From: Yuukianura sp. NJ FZ-2021
Taxonomy: Eukaryota
NCBI GenBank assembly: GCA_046563655.1
Contig: CM102290.1
Coordinates: forward strand, 8,742,001-8,806,000
Direction of reading: 5' to 3'
DNA length: 64,000 bases
Part shown: positions 12,101-25,901 of the stretch, in pieces
Layout: every line of letters starts with the position of its first letter
Position numbering within the stretch: position 1 is the stretch's first letter
Notes under the pieces: generated by a model
Told to the model about the DNA's origin: nothing
Database searches by the model: none
The model's input: the letters and a program-made list of their open reading frames with translations, nothing else
Position numbers and translations under genes: made by a program

Positions 12101-15100
12101 ACTTGTCGTCATTACTGTCACTTCCAGAAGCCAAGGACCATGTCTCATGTCGTAGACATGATCTGTAAAGCAGTAGGCTGTGGAGCAGTGTCAATTAATC
12201 CAAATTAATGAATCATGTTCAAGCAAACAGAACAAAAAAGGATTTCAGTTAAAATTTCACAAATTCCAAAAAGTAAATGCTTTTGTGTCCTGTTTTAGGT
12301 ACTGAAAAGGTCTTGGAACCTGCATTAGCAACTTCCTAAAACTTTTGAAGTCATTCACTTATACGGTAGTGTTGTTTAATGCCTACGACCACGATCGCTA
12401 CCTTCTTGTTAATTAAAGTTGTATTTAGCATGTCAAAGCTAATTGACGCTCACTATTTGAATACCTTACCATGCAGTTATTTCTGTCTCCACAATTCATT
12501 TCTCATCTTTTCATTCGCGATGCCTGCGCAATACTACAAAGAACGAATTTTATTACTATTTTTTGATATATTTGATGCTTTGTTAAAAATTAACGCTTTT
12601 TTAAGTTAGTTATGCGAGTGCTTTCCTTCCCACCAATCGACATCAAAAGGCTGAAATAGTTCACACGGTAATTTGTTGTGTTTTGAGTACCGTAAATTTT
12701 CTAGTTGTAAAGTTCAGGTTTTTTTTTGTTTCTTGGAACTGAAGACGAGGGGAGGACAACTCCTTTCCATCAAATTTTTTTTGGCAACGATTAAGAAGGC
12801 GGTTGGAATTGGAATTTGGGAACTTGAAAAATTAAGACAGAGTGAGAAATGTGTGTTAAGTGAAAAAAATCACAGTTTCCCCAACACATCAGAATAGCAG
12901 TACTATCTGCACGGTGTAAAGTGAAGGAAGGCGATTCTGTAGGAGCAAGAAGTGTTTATAAAAGTTTTTTGCCCTTTCGAGTGTTGTTTAAGAGTCACTT
13001 TGCAAATTGTAGTCAAAGGGTTTAAGAGTGTCCGCAACAATTTGTGCGCCGGTGAATTTTGAACATTGGCGCATTTAAGCCGAATCACTGTTGTTGCTGT
13101 TGCTGCTGCTTGGGATAAGCCATTTGAGCCCTGTCGAGATTTTTTTTTGCATTTGTTCCACACCACTCACCGCCCACTTGCAAAATAAATTGCTTGATTA
13201 GAGCCTAATCGTAAGCCAAACCCATTATTCTTGCAGCTTTAACAATTTCGCTAATTTGACGCGCCTTCTTGATCTTTTCAACAACTTTGTGCGAATTAGT
13301 TTGGATCCCGAGGTTGTAGAATGGAGGGGTCTGAATCATGTTAATCCACCATCAGTTTAGTACACTCATGTCAAGTTGGAGTTTGGGAAAACTGTTGCCA
13401 ATTCCTTGACAAAAACCTACTTGATATATGATTAGATCTGCGCAGAGCGTCGTTTCCCGCACCATTTTTTACGTATGCGCATTCCCTATTAGCGTCAAAA
13501 ATCCTGGGTGGGGTTACTTGTGTTTTAGTTCCAACAACCTTTGATGACTTTCTATTGTTTCCCTTGTGCATATTAAGTCCCTATGAGTAATTCCTTGTTG
13601 AAAGTTGATGAAGGGGATGTTGGATTTGAGTCATAAATTTTTATTAAGCTCCATTGCATAGTCGTTGTGCAGGAAAAGCGTTCAGATTGAAGATACTTCT
13701 CCCATATAATGAGATTTTTGACTCTGTTGGTTATAACCTTCTTGCTGTCTCCGATCAAATGCTGAGCACGCTCTTTTAAAACTTAAGTAGAATTTAAGTT
13801 AGCAATTAGGAATTATTACAGTTCCTGCTTGGTAAAGTACTTCAACCAAGAATTTATAAAACATCAAAGAGGTGTTACCTGCATTTGTCAAAACACCATT
13901 TTCTCAAAAAATTTCTGTTTTTTACTGTAACAAAAAAGTAACTTTTCCAAACTGCTTTAACGGTGCAGATCGATTTGTGAAGTTCAGGCGTCATTTCTAC
14001 GTTCATTTTACAGAATGCGGATTCGATTGGATTAGACCCATAGAAAATCATTTCTGATTTTTAAAATTGAAAAAACAGCGCCCATACAGAGCCCTTTGCA
14101 GGGGGTCCTGAATTTGAAAATTTGAACTACAGTCTCATAAAGCATGTACAAACTTATTAAAGGGACAAGATGACTATTTGTTTTTGTGAAAACAGGGGGC
14201 CCTTCAAAGTTTTGTTAACTACGAGCCCTTCCTGTTCTGTCAACGCCCTTAAAGAAACCGCCTTCCAGATGGACTTGGCAAAAGGGCTCCTCAAACCGTA
14301 ACTAGAAACTGCTAACTAGAAAAGGGAAGTGTCCGTCAGTCAAGTGCTTAGTTTTTCTGTCACTTGAAGGGCTACTTGACTTCAACTGCAAGTGTCAAAG
14401 TACCCTTGACTCCTTGCTGCGTCACTAATTATGTCCAAATCCATGGATTGACTTGATTACTTTGATCAAAGAGGCGTGTATTGCCAGGCTCACGGAGGAA
14501 ATCTGAGGTGGAACTGCGCAGGACCAACGGAGTCCAATTTGTCTGCAAGTGTGAAGACAGCCCCCCATGGTTTGCACGGGACTTTGTGTGTGAATTGGTG
14601 ACGACAAGTTCTCACAAATCGATTTCCAAGACGAAGGGATGGTCTATAGTAGTAGGGAGAAAGTCAGCTCCAGCACAAGATTCATTTCTTTGCCTCCAAT
14701 CCTGAAGCTGTTCAACTAAACCCTAATGTTCCTAAATACAAAATTGAATTTGTGTCTGTGGAGATGAATTGTACTATTTGGGAGGATTAGGATGTTGGAA
14801 GATGCGGAATCGACGGAGTGAGACAATGAAAGTGGACCATTGTCGGAAATGATCGGAAGATAATTCTCAATTTGAAGTGTCAGGTTGAGGGGTAGTGGGA
14901 GCCTTACCTTTGGCCATGACCCCCAAAACACCCCCTCCCCCTACGGAATTGAATCCACTTACATAAATCACCGAAGCGAAGAGATTGAATTTTCCCTCTA
15001 CTCCCATTTACTTCAAATGACTTGACTTTAGCCTTATTTATTAGTTTACTTTTCTGGGAGGACGACGCGCTCCTGGCTCAGTGCCTAATAGAGACTCAAA

Positions 15101-18100
15101 GTCACTCAATTGGAAAATATCAATTTAACTTATGTTGTACCAATGGCAGTTTGGATATGCAACTTAAGGCACACAACCACATAAATCCAATGCCCAACCC
15201 AAAAAAAAAACAACGTTTTCAGTCAATTTTTCAGGTTACGATTCAAATCCCGCGTAAATTCCTACACTATTTCGTAAAATTATTTTGTTGTTTGTTGGCA
15301 ACTCTTTTGTCCCAACAAAATTTTTGGTTGTAGTAAAGCTAATGTTTTTTTTGAGTTCATACTTTTCTAATTTTGGTTCACAAGTTCGAAATTTAGAATT
15401 TTAGCGAAAAAAGGTTTAGAAGCTATGTACCTTTTCGTAATATTTTTTTTCGTGTATTGTAAGTTGTAAGAAGAAAAGGAAAAGACTAAGGTAGGGATTT
15501 GGTCGGCTTGTTTGAAGTGTCCATTTGTATGCCTTCTCACCTCTCTCCCTTCTAATTTAAACTTTGCTCAATTACACTCTCATCCCACTTAAGTCCTCAA
15601 TTGAATCTCCTTGTCGGTAACGCAACTTAACACTCTCACTTTCCCCACAAACACCACGTTAATAACTACCACGCAACTCCATTGTTACTTCAGCATCAAC
15701 AAAAACACCGAAATTAAAAACTAAAACTAAATTGTCAGTCTGACTTTGAAAATTTTAAATTTGTAAACTTTTTAGATCGAATTTACGAATTATGCGCAGT
15801 CTGTGCGCAGTTAATGCGCAATTTTGTGAAGGAAAATATATAAAAAGAAAGGAGAATCAGATTTAATGATAGAAAATTTTGTAATTCTGGCAGAACAAGA
15901 AAATTGTGATTCTGAGGCGTCTGCGCAATGCTGTTCGCCTGAGCTCTTGAACGTTGATATGTTAAACTCGGAAAACGTTGCTTTCCGTTTTGAAAATGGA
16001 TACGAAGTGCGTATTACGATTAGTATTTTCCCAAGTAGTTACTCTCAAAATGGGATTGAAGCCTACGAGGGAACTTAAGGGATCCGCTTCTGTATAAACC
16101 TCCTTTACGTTTTTCAATCCCAATTTACCATCTGCCTCAGAAGAGTCTAGGCACGAAAGGAATAACTAATGACATGCAACCACTTATTCCAATTAAACCA
16201 AACGGAATTTTAAATTTTACCACTCCGCCGCATCCATTTTCAAAATTTCGAACCCAAATTGGCTGCCGCTTTTTCAAAAGTTTAAGGACCAAAGAGGATC
16301 TAATGACAAAAAAAATGAAAAAGCGAATAAAAAATACACAATTTCCTTAATGAACTTAACGGCTACTGATTTCTCTTTGTTCAACTGTTCTTTTTCAAGT
16401 TTTTTTTTCTGAACGCAACACTTTGTTCAATTTTAAATCAAAAGGAGAGACTTTTGTAAACAAAATTTTTTTTCGTTTTTTAATTTTTTTTTCAATTTTC
16501 TGTAAACATTTTGTTGACGTTCACCTGTAAATTATATTGTGCGGGAATAAAAAAACAAAACAATGGAAGATGAATGAGGTGTGATGGAAAGGCAGGGTTT
16601 CAGTTGTTGTACCTATTTTTTATTAAGGTTTTTTCCTAAACACCTTCAAATCGCTGTGTTTTCGGCGGCCGCGGACGTGAAGAAAGAAGGATTGGCTTGC
16701 GGCAGCGTTAAGAACCCACTTTGGCTCCTTTATTTTTTCGGCCCGTTTGACTTTGACCGAAATACCGCTAGCCGACTGCGGGCATTACAACACGAAGGTA
16801 GCAGTGGGCTGGAATTACAATTTCAACTTTTTTAATTTTCACACATGAGAATTTCAAAATAGAACTTCATAATTTTTCCAACACCGGAGAATTCCGAGTC
16901 ATAAGGTTTTTGAAATTGAAAATTCACGTATTCTCCGCGCTATTAATTTTAAATCTTTTTGGAATTATTTGTTATTTCAGCTTAACTCTTTATATTTTTT
17001 TTCAAAATTCAAAATTGGGCATAGTGTTTGTAGTGTTGATTTGAGTTTGTTTAAAGAATCAAAAGGAAAGGCATGGTTGTGTGAGCTTGGGGTTTCCGTG
17101 CGTGTTAATAATAGAAAAATCATGATATCTAAATTGGCCCAGGGGAAATGGCGGATTCAAATAAATTCTCCCCGCCTAAAGTCCCCGAAAGTGATTACCG
17201 TTCGCCCAAAAGTTCCCTGCCACTTCTGACTCCTTTGAACTCCGAAAGTGACATGCCAAGCCAAATGAACTTAGACTTAGAAATGAATCTTAGCAACAAA
17301 TCGATCTCACACAAACTGGCAGAATGGCATGAAGCAAGGCTTTAAATTTACTAGTCTTTTCCTTCACCATTTTTGTTTAGAATTCGCAAAAACATCCGAA
17401 AAAAATACAATTTAGTACTCAAAAGTTGTATGGGAAACCCGCTTTCTGCTAACAACCTACAAGCATCTACTCAAGCAAACTTGCTAAAACTCCCACTAAC
17501 ATTGCTGAAAATGTTAAGAAGTTGAAGTAGATATTTTTTTTCTATCGAAAAAAAAATTTCCGAAATTTTGAGAAAAAATAATTTAGTAACCAACTGAATC
17601 ATGGGTATCAATAAACTGTTACCCAAGCGTAATAGACAAAGTTGCAACAGAGTTACGGGCTGTGTGACTTGGAAAACGCTGAAATTTTGATGAAGACGGT
17701 GGACATAATTTTGTTTTTTGAAATGGACAGACGTCTTCCTGTTTTACCTGTCTCACTTTTGAATTTTCCCTGGTTGCCTCCCTCCCTTATTTGGTCATTA
17801 TTTAAGAGAGGAGCATCATGGCGTTCATGGCGGGTGTACGCTAAAGGATTTCCATCATAATCGTGGCACAACCTTCATTTGACTTGACATGACAGGCATA
17901 TTCTCCCATGGCAGTCATATTACCTTCTTCCTCGATTCCCTTAATCCACCCAAAAACATACACAAAATACAACGTAATTTAACCCTCCCGCCCCCTCTGC
18001 GCAATTACCCAACACGACAATTGGACTGCGGGTCCTTCAATGGAGCAGGCGGGTGGTTAAGGCTCTGGTCAATTTGGGCCTGGTTTCCAGTTCCAATCCC

Positions 18101-19131
18101 CCAATCCCCAAGGGTTTCTCCAAAGCAAACCCTTTGCTTGTTTTCTAAACTGTTTTGTTCTAGTGTCTAAACTTGTTTTGTTCTATCTTGTTTTTTTTTA
18201 GAAATCGGAGGTCAAGGGAATGCACACAACCAAGCCTTCAGTTCTCGTCAACCGCCAAAGAAAAAGAGAAAGTCTCGAACAGCTTTCACAAATCACCAAA
18301 TTTTTGAACTAGAGAAAAGGTTCCTGTACCAAAAGTATTTGTCACCAGCGGATCGAGATGACATTGCCCAGCATTTAGGTCTCACAAATGCTCAGGTAAA
18401 CAAACATTTCCCAACCATTATTTTGTTTTTAAATTTATTTGAATTTTGAAAACTTTCTTTCTTTAAAACAAGGCTCTTCTCATGAATCAAAATAATAGCC
18501 TAATGTTAGCGAGAGAGCTTTGGAATTGAGTGCTTAAAATTTGTAGTAATTTTAGTCCCCTCCTTCTCCGCTCAGATTATTCCTAAATTTAACTTGAGGG
18601 AAGCAATAACTTTGAAAAAAGGCGGGGAAAATGCTAGACTCGAAATTTGAATACTGCAGGTTAGAGTCAAAACTGTGTCGAAGCTTAACTTTCGTAATTG
18701 AGATCTCAATTTCCTAAATTGCTCTCCGTGCTTGAGTTCTCTAGTTCAGCTAACTTTTTCATTCCAAATTTTTGTACCGTTTGAATTTCAGTTTGAGCAA
18801 AACATTGACAAAAATCAATTTTGGTTGTTTCTAGGTGATTACGTGGTTCCAGAATCGTCGTGCAAAACTAAAGAGAGATCACGAGGAGCAGCGGAAAGAT
18901 GTCGAGTCTGCCAAAATGCTTATGGCTCAAAATTCCCTAATGGAAAGTGTACAAGAACTCGGAGTTTTACGGAAACGTGTCCAGAGTCACGTGGAAATGA
19001 TGAATCCAGCGGCAGCAGTGGCAGCGGCAGTCGCTGCAGCGTCTTTCCACATTTCATCCCCCACCTCATCTTCATTTTCATCCCATTCCCCTATCAATCT
19101 CACGTCAGAATCCCCGCCTTCTGCCCATTAG
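3160..19131 (+). CDS. Lbx: Ladybird/Lbx NK-class homeobox transcription factor, 4 coding exons, ~419 aa: join(3160..3567,5334..5694,18202..18395,18835..19131)
   Basis: Exons 3 and 4 give [59 protein letters not shown], an Lbx-type homeodomain with T47. Exon 2 has the eh1 motif FSISDIL, RIVRPWD and SPLDALFQMTSKTFEGL (Lbx motif). All introns are GT-AG with matching phases (0,1,0). Exon 1 has two in-frame donor options (GT at 3562 or 3568). Intron 2 is ~12.5 kb. Confidence 0.95.
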
Positions 19132-22100
19132 ACTCTCTCTCCGCCCACACGCTTCCCTACGTTTTTTTTGGAATTGCCGCCTTTGGGTTCCAGCCATAGC
19201 CACACACACAGTCTTTTAGGATCGCAGAACAGCAACAGTGGCGCCAAATATTCAAATTCTCACCAAATCGCAGGAACTATAGACGCAGAAGAGTGAAGTG
19301 GCAGACAAATCCAGAAAAATGGACATTTTGAGCGAAAGTGACTTCGGGGTCGAATCGACGGAATCAGATAGACACAACGGAATTGCCAATACCGGAAGAG
19401 TACAATAGACAAGGATGTAACGCTGTAGCCCAAAATCCAGTTGAAGCGTCCATTAGCACTCTCCTGTGAACTCCAACTCCCTTTCTTAGGTTTTTATTTA
19501 TTATTTATTATATCCAATGTTCATTTTTCTATAACCATTTTCTCACCAATCTTAGTCAAAGTCACAAAGGGAAAGTGCTCTCGAATTCTCCTAGGGACTT
19601 AAAGGGACGGTGTTTAAGTGTCCCCCTCGGCTACTCAGGAACTTAATTTTAGTTAAACCTTTTAGATTTTGTAAAAATAACCCTAACGCAATATCAACAA
19701 TATCAGTATTTTCCTGAGAATGAACAACAAAAACAATTCGGCAGAACTTAGGCTGAAACGTTTTACGTTTAGTTTACCATCCACAGCTAACTTCACCTCC
19801 TAATGTGTTGAATGTCAAAGGTAATTGGTCTTTTGATCAAAAGAATGTCAAGCTTTACTTTACAGCAAAAGTGAGGCACAACATTTGAGCCGTGGATGAA
19901 TTGTAATTGGAATAAAATGGAACTCATCTCTTCAGTATTACCATGAAAAAAAGTAGTCATTTTCAAATTTTTTGTTTTCAACATTAGTTTTGTTTTGAAC
20001 CGAGGAGAAAGTACTTGAAAAATGAAAGTTTGGGGCTTATTCATGTTTGCTATTTGAATTGTATGTCCATTTCCATTACAAAGTGTGAAACTGAACTTGA
20101 AATTTTAGTTGATTTTTTTTGCCCAGGGTCACATCCAGTTTCCGTTACGTGTGGAGTTAATGTGCCAACATTTTCTAGTTAGTCCACTTCCTGTGGCTGC
20201 TACTGTTGTGACCCTAGGTTTTAATGAAGAGCTCTTATTTGGTCGTTCCATGTCGTTGTCTTCCATTGTTATTTGCTTCTCGATTCATATCTCCCTCCGC
20301 TACATTCAAACCACGCGCCCTTATGTCAATACAAAATTCACAATGGAGGTTTTGGGTCCGTTTTTTCAAAAATTATTATGCCCGCCAAAGCTTTAGTGTG
20401 AGTTTGTTCAAATATTAAACAAACTCAACTGCCAGCTCCACATGCCTAGAAGCCTGTTCTAAAAACGAGTTTCATCTAATGAGTTCCAACACATAAGAAG
20501 CGACTCGATTCTAAGCGTTTTTCAGCAGCACAATGTTTTTCGATTGTCTGAATAATACAAGTTGGAAGGCCATAATTAATCTGGAATGAATCACCTCATC
20601 AGGAACAATGACAGCTCCAGTTGAATCGTTAATGCATAGAGAGCATCAGTACTTCGTTGTCAATGTTAAACTTTGCCAAATATCTACACTAGGCTATTGT
20701 TTGCAGGACCTCCACAAATCCTTGTCTCTTTGTACATTTTTAATTTAATTTGACCACCTATAAATTGCCAAATGTTCTTTTTAATTCTAGCAAAACTCAG
20801 TTTTGATTGACGATGTAAACAAAATTACCACAAATTATTATAATGAAAAATCTAGTTAGGGTGAATCATAAAATGACAACGTAATTCTTACAAAATGAAT
20901 TTTGGAGCAAAATAACCCCGGTTCATTTTTCCAGATTTTTAAATTTTAAAAACGACTAAAGTAAAATTCGATTAGATCTTCGATCGATTGAGCTTCCGAA
21001 TGAACCACTCTATAAAGTTATGTTAGTTTATTTGGCTTTGTTGCACCTTTGCTCATTCTATTCTTGGAATCACTGTAAACTTCCTGGTCGTGCCAACTAC
21101 AGTTCATCAAATGCCTCATTTGAAGTGACAAAATGTTGGTTCAAATGCCCATTTGACACACATATGCTTGGACTGACTGACGCAGGAGTAGTGAAAGATT
21201 CAAATTATCTCGTTCCTTCCCATAAGCACCGAGTCAAATTAGTCGTAAACTAATTTAAACTTAATGCCAGTGTTATGTTCACAAAGAGATTTATTTGAAC
21301 AGCCTCATTTCCACCTACGCTTCACCGCTAAAAATACACCCCAGGAGTCAAAAGCTTTGGATTTGACTCATTGCAGACAGAGAGAGGAGTTTGGAAATCA
21401 AAAAAATAAAGTGAATGAAGAAAGTCTTGATTTGGTGTGGTGCGTTATTCAGGTCTTGAGAAAGCAAACCAGTCCAAAGTTTTCGAAAGCAGAAATAAGA
21501 ACGAGTAGTTTGAAAATTGGATTTTTAAAAAAAAGTGAAGAGCGGAGACACGGTTCCTTTGCCCAAGAAAATGTTTGTTCTGGAAGGAATGCTTGTTGGC
21601 GACATAAATTAACAAGGATGTTATTATGAAGAGGTTTCTGTGACACTGTGAGGATTGGATGAAAGGAGAACGGTGACGACGGCGGTCCCCTCTGCAGCCT
21701 CCATCACCACACGTTCCAGCAAAACTGTTTTCTTTGGCTTTTCAAAAGATGCGGGAGGAAAAGAAGTTCAAACGTCGTTGAAGCGGAACCAATTTCCCCT
21801 TTCTGAAGAGCCTCCAAGACAAAATGGTCCTTTGAGAACCTACTCTGAACAGCTACTTGTCCTCATCTCCACTCTATTTACCATTCCACTTAATTTTAGT
21901 TAAGCTTACGTATCAGTTCCACGGGCTGGTTGGAGAAAAAGAGCTTACAATTTTAATTTAAATCAAAATTTTTAACCTTCGAGTTTTAAAAAAAGAAGCA
22001 TAGCTTAAGTAGTAGATTGTTGACTAAGGACTTTCTTCTAAAAAAAAGAGAAAACTTTCCATAACTTTTGAGAAAATAAACCTCCGTTACATAAATAAGG

Positions 22101-22951
22101 GAAAGTCTTGTTGGATTCAATTAAAAGTTTCCACTTTCCACAAAGTTTGAATGTTTACGGAAAGTATGGATTTTACGTACAAATGCTCCAATTCCAAGCA
22201 CTTTCTCCGTGTTTTAGTTCTAAACTCGCCTTTTTTCTGCAACTCTTTAAATTTCGCACTTTTTTTTCGCTACTCCACTTTCTTTGAAATTTTGTCCAAC
22301 TGATTTTGCATATCGTTAAATAGATGTCGAATCAATAAACACTCTTGTTCCATAATCAGTAGCTTCGATCCGAACGCTATTTTTACTTAACCTTTCTAAC
22401 TACAAACTTTGTCGGAAACAAAGTTCTAAATTAAATTGACTGAGAAGTAACTTTAATTAATTTCATTATTCTAATAATTTTCTAGACTTAGATTTTTGTT
22501 TAAATTTGTATTATAAAAGGTTTCATGTCGCACGTTGTAACATTTTATACTTATATTTTTTTTATTTCACTTTCACTATTGTATTCGCTTTAATTGTTCT
22601 CGAAGCCTTGAACTCTTACATATACACATTCAATCAAATATGTACATTGAAAATTTGATTATTTTAATAATACTAAGGTTCGCGTGATTAGAACATTTGG
22701 TACATGTCCGGATGTTTAAATTGTTAATTAATATTTAATTGCCAAGTGATGCAACATGCTAATATGAAAAGTGCGATGGATTTATTTTTAGTTTTCCAAA
22801 GAAAGGATTTTTTTTAAAAATTATTTTGTTTGTTGAAGCGTCACAACTGAATAGTAATTGGAACATTTTTGACAACTTTATCGAATAATTATCGAACTCA
22901 TTATGTGTCTTGTACTTGTAACATTACAAAAATAATGATGACTTGTCCACC

Positions 22952-22959
22952 TATATAAG
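22952..22959 (+). promoter_or_regulatory. TATA box of the lipocalin-like gene
   Basis: TATATAAG ~85 nt upstream of the ATG at 23037. Confidence 0.55.
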
Positions 22960-23036
22960 GCTTCCAGTCGGGTTGATTTGGACACCAGAGTATTTGAATT
23001 CTAGAATTTTCAACTTTTTCAAGCAAAGTTTTAAAA

Positions 23037-23918
23037 ATGTTGCCGATTTTGTTGTGCTGCGTCATTTTGAAAGTTGCCGCAGGCGTGGATATCTCCAAGT
23101 ACGAAGAGGGGTACGGAGTCATACCGCCATTGGCCGCCCTAGATGTATCCTGGGTAAATATTTAAAGTTTGAACATCGCACACCTTTCCAAATATATTTT
23201 TTGTGTGGAACTTAGTTTACATAAGAAAAAATACTATTTTAATCGTAGGTTTTCAGTGTAAAGGAGTGGAACGTTGTGGCGGGAAGTAAATACGCGTTTT
23301 TCCGCATTGCAAAGTCGTTGAAATACAAACCGCTTAATGAAATCGGAGACAATGAGTATGCGGACGTTTGCATCAAAGTGTCGAATCCTGGCGACGGAAC
23401 ACTCATCCTCCAAGCACAAGGAAAAGAAGTGGTAAAAGAAATGTCGATGGGACCAGCAGTAGGAATTATTAATTGGAAACTAAAAGATGTCGAAAAAGGT
23501 GAGCAAACCAAATTAATTGAAGTTATTTGCATATTTATTGCATGTAGGAAATATATGTAAGTATTTTATGCTAGGCTAACTTAATACTAAGTAATATTCT
23601 GCAATGAAATTTGCGAAAACTGACAAATATATCTTCTTTTTTACGAAACACTGCCGGGTAAAACTCAAAGCCACAAACCTATTGTTTTTCTTTATAGAGG
23701 AAGATCGAACCCAAGGTGTATGCTACATAACATTGTCAGACAACCAGACTTTCATTCTGATGGTTCAATACTGGGATTTGCAACGGAAAAGTTTCTTGGT
23801 CATCTCCACTCAAAAATCTTTGAGCGATGAAGCTCGGAAGCAGGTTTTGGACCACGTTCAATCGTTTGGATTTAACGCCGACATGACTTTCTTCAAGGAT
23901 ACTTGTGCCGCCCGTTAA
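23037..23918 (+). CDS. Secreted lipocalin/calycin-like protein, 3 exons, ~195 aa: join(23037..23153,23249..23498,23698..23918)
   Basis: N-terminal hydrophobic signal peptide MLPILLCCVILKVAAG. GT-AG introns with consistent phases (0,1). LDVSW..KEWNVVAG resembles lipocalin SCR1 but lacks the G of GxW, LSDNQTFILM resembles SCR2, and FLVISTQKSLSDEARKQVLDHVQSFGF resembles SCR3 plus helix; C-terminal Cys. TATA upstream and AATAAA at 23994-23999. The gene is well supported; the family is inferred from motif resemblance. Confidence 0.75.
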
Positions 23919-23993
23919 AACGCCTCGGGCGGTATACAGTTTTGCGTTTCCTTTATTTTCGCAAACTGCAACCTAGATTTGACTTGATTCGGC

Positions 23994-23999
23994 AATAAA
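23994..23999 (+). terminator. Polyadenylation signal of the lipocalin-like gene
   Basis: AATAAA ~75 nt after the stop codon. Confidence 0.5.
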
Positions 24000-25613
24000 T
24001 TTGACAAAACAAATGTACTTGTTCAAGAATTGTTCAATTCATCCAAAATATTTTCAAAGAAAGACGCTTCGGAAGGAATTCAAGTGTTGAAAGACGTTTG
24101 CATAGAATCGGTGTAAGCGGTACTTTGAAAGACTATTCCAATGGATTTATTTTTACTCGTAGATTCACCTTTAGTATTATTTTAAGATAATCAAAACATC
24201 ACAAGGAGAGCGTGGTGATTAATTTGTTAAATGGAGCTGATGAGAACATGGTGCATCCAAGTTCTATTATTCTTGGCTTGAATTTTAGTTTGGAAAGTGA
24301 AGGCGTGTCATGAAAAGACCTATTCAGAGGAGGGCAAACATTACTCACGCCAATAAATCTTCACAAAAAGCCAAAGGTGCATTATGAACTTCAAGATTTA
24401 TGTTATTTTGCACGTTTCTCAAGGAATCCCACACTTGGAAATGGAGTATGAAGCGAATTGAGTTGTTGAACGGAAAACAAAAATTCAAAATCATTTTTAA
24501 ATCAAGTTCACAATTTGGTTTCATTTTGGAGTTGGAGCCGTTTCATTGTGAGATTCTAAATTACATGGAACTTTCGGTGGGGGAAAGCATTTTGAAAATG
24601 AATGTGGAAGTGAATGGTTTTTGTCCTGACTAATTTGTAACTTTTGAGAATGAATTATTAGATATGCCTTTGGGATGACTGGTGGCCAAGGGGGTATCCC
24701 TTGGCGGGACATTTCAAGTAATTTGAGTTTGAAATTGTCGGTGGAGGTGAGCAGTCCATGTTTCTGTGGTGTGTGGGCCTTAGCGGTGTCTTTATGAAGA
24801 TGTGCCCTATCCATTCCAGCCTACACTTTCTAGGGTGATGAATCTATTCTGTCTAAAGTTTCAGTTTGCAACAAGCAGTCAGTATTACTATACTTCCAAA
24901 TAACCTTAAGTCAGAAGATGAAGCGGGGGGAACTTTCAAAATCATACTGGCTCCATTTTCCCTTAAGTATTGAATCTCAGACGTTATGCTACAGAGAGCA
25001 GGTTCACAAAAAATAGTTGAAGTGATCTTGGACCAGTCCCTTCAAGATCCCTTGCGTTTTTGCCTCGTTCTGGATGTGTGACGCGGCTTGAAGAAGCTTT
25101 AAGTCGGCTTGCTTTTCCCTGTAATTACCTCTAATCATTTCCCTTGGCCTCAAAGAGAAGCCGATCTTACCCCTTTCTCTTGCTTGATACATTAAAAAAT
25201 GGAGCCTCTTTTCTGGAACAGAAATCTTAGAGTGGAGCTTAGCACAATTATGTGCGCAACCAGGGAAACATTGAATATAGCTTCTTAGTCTCCGGACGAT
25301 GCTAATTCCCCAGTCGTTTCTCGAGAATGGCTTAACATTCCGCCATGACTTCCTGCAGTAACACTCATTTACACCTCAGGATTTTCAAAAATTTAAAAGT
25401 ACCGAGATCGTTTAGGTTTTCTAAAAGCTTTAAAAGTAATTGGAACCAATTTGAAAAAAAAATTTGAGTACGGTACCTAGTTCAGTTATGAAATTCATTG
25501 CCAAGAAGTAAGTAAAAAATCTTCTTATCAATACTAAACTGGTTATGTATTCTTGTATTTAAGGCTCGCGAATACCCTGGAAACTGGGGGTCAAAATTCG
25601 GCTGTAACTCATC

Positions 25614-25901
25614 AAATGAAAAATCGTGGGGATCAGCGTAGAAAGCTCGTACAATGACCCACAATATATCAAACTTTAGGAAAAGACTTGATCTAGTATC
25701 CTGTTGAAAAAAAATTACAAAATTTTAGTTCTAACTGTGAAAAAAATTGACCCAAACATTCCACCTCCATATTTACATAGATAGAACTAAAATTTTGTAA
25801 TTTTTTTTCAACAGGATACTAGATCAGGTCTTTTCCTAAAGTTTGATATATTGTGGGTCATTGTACGACCTTTCTACGCTGATCCCCACGATTTTTCATT
25901 T
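25614..25901. repeat. Long near-perfect inverted repeat (120-bp arms, 48-bp spacer), probable MITE/foldback remnant
   Basis: 25614-25733 is the reverse complement of 25782-25901 with about 2 mismatches by manual comparison. Confidence 0.85.

Noticed and set aside
15790..15930. Four TGCGCA motifs in Lbx intron 2
   Set aside because: No TIR/TSD or other structure to anchor an interpretation.
18732..19199. 155-aa ORF overlapping Lbx exon 4
   Set aside because: Alternative frame of the real exon that starts in the intron and has no recognisable motif.
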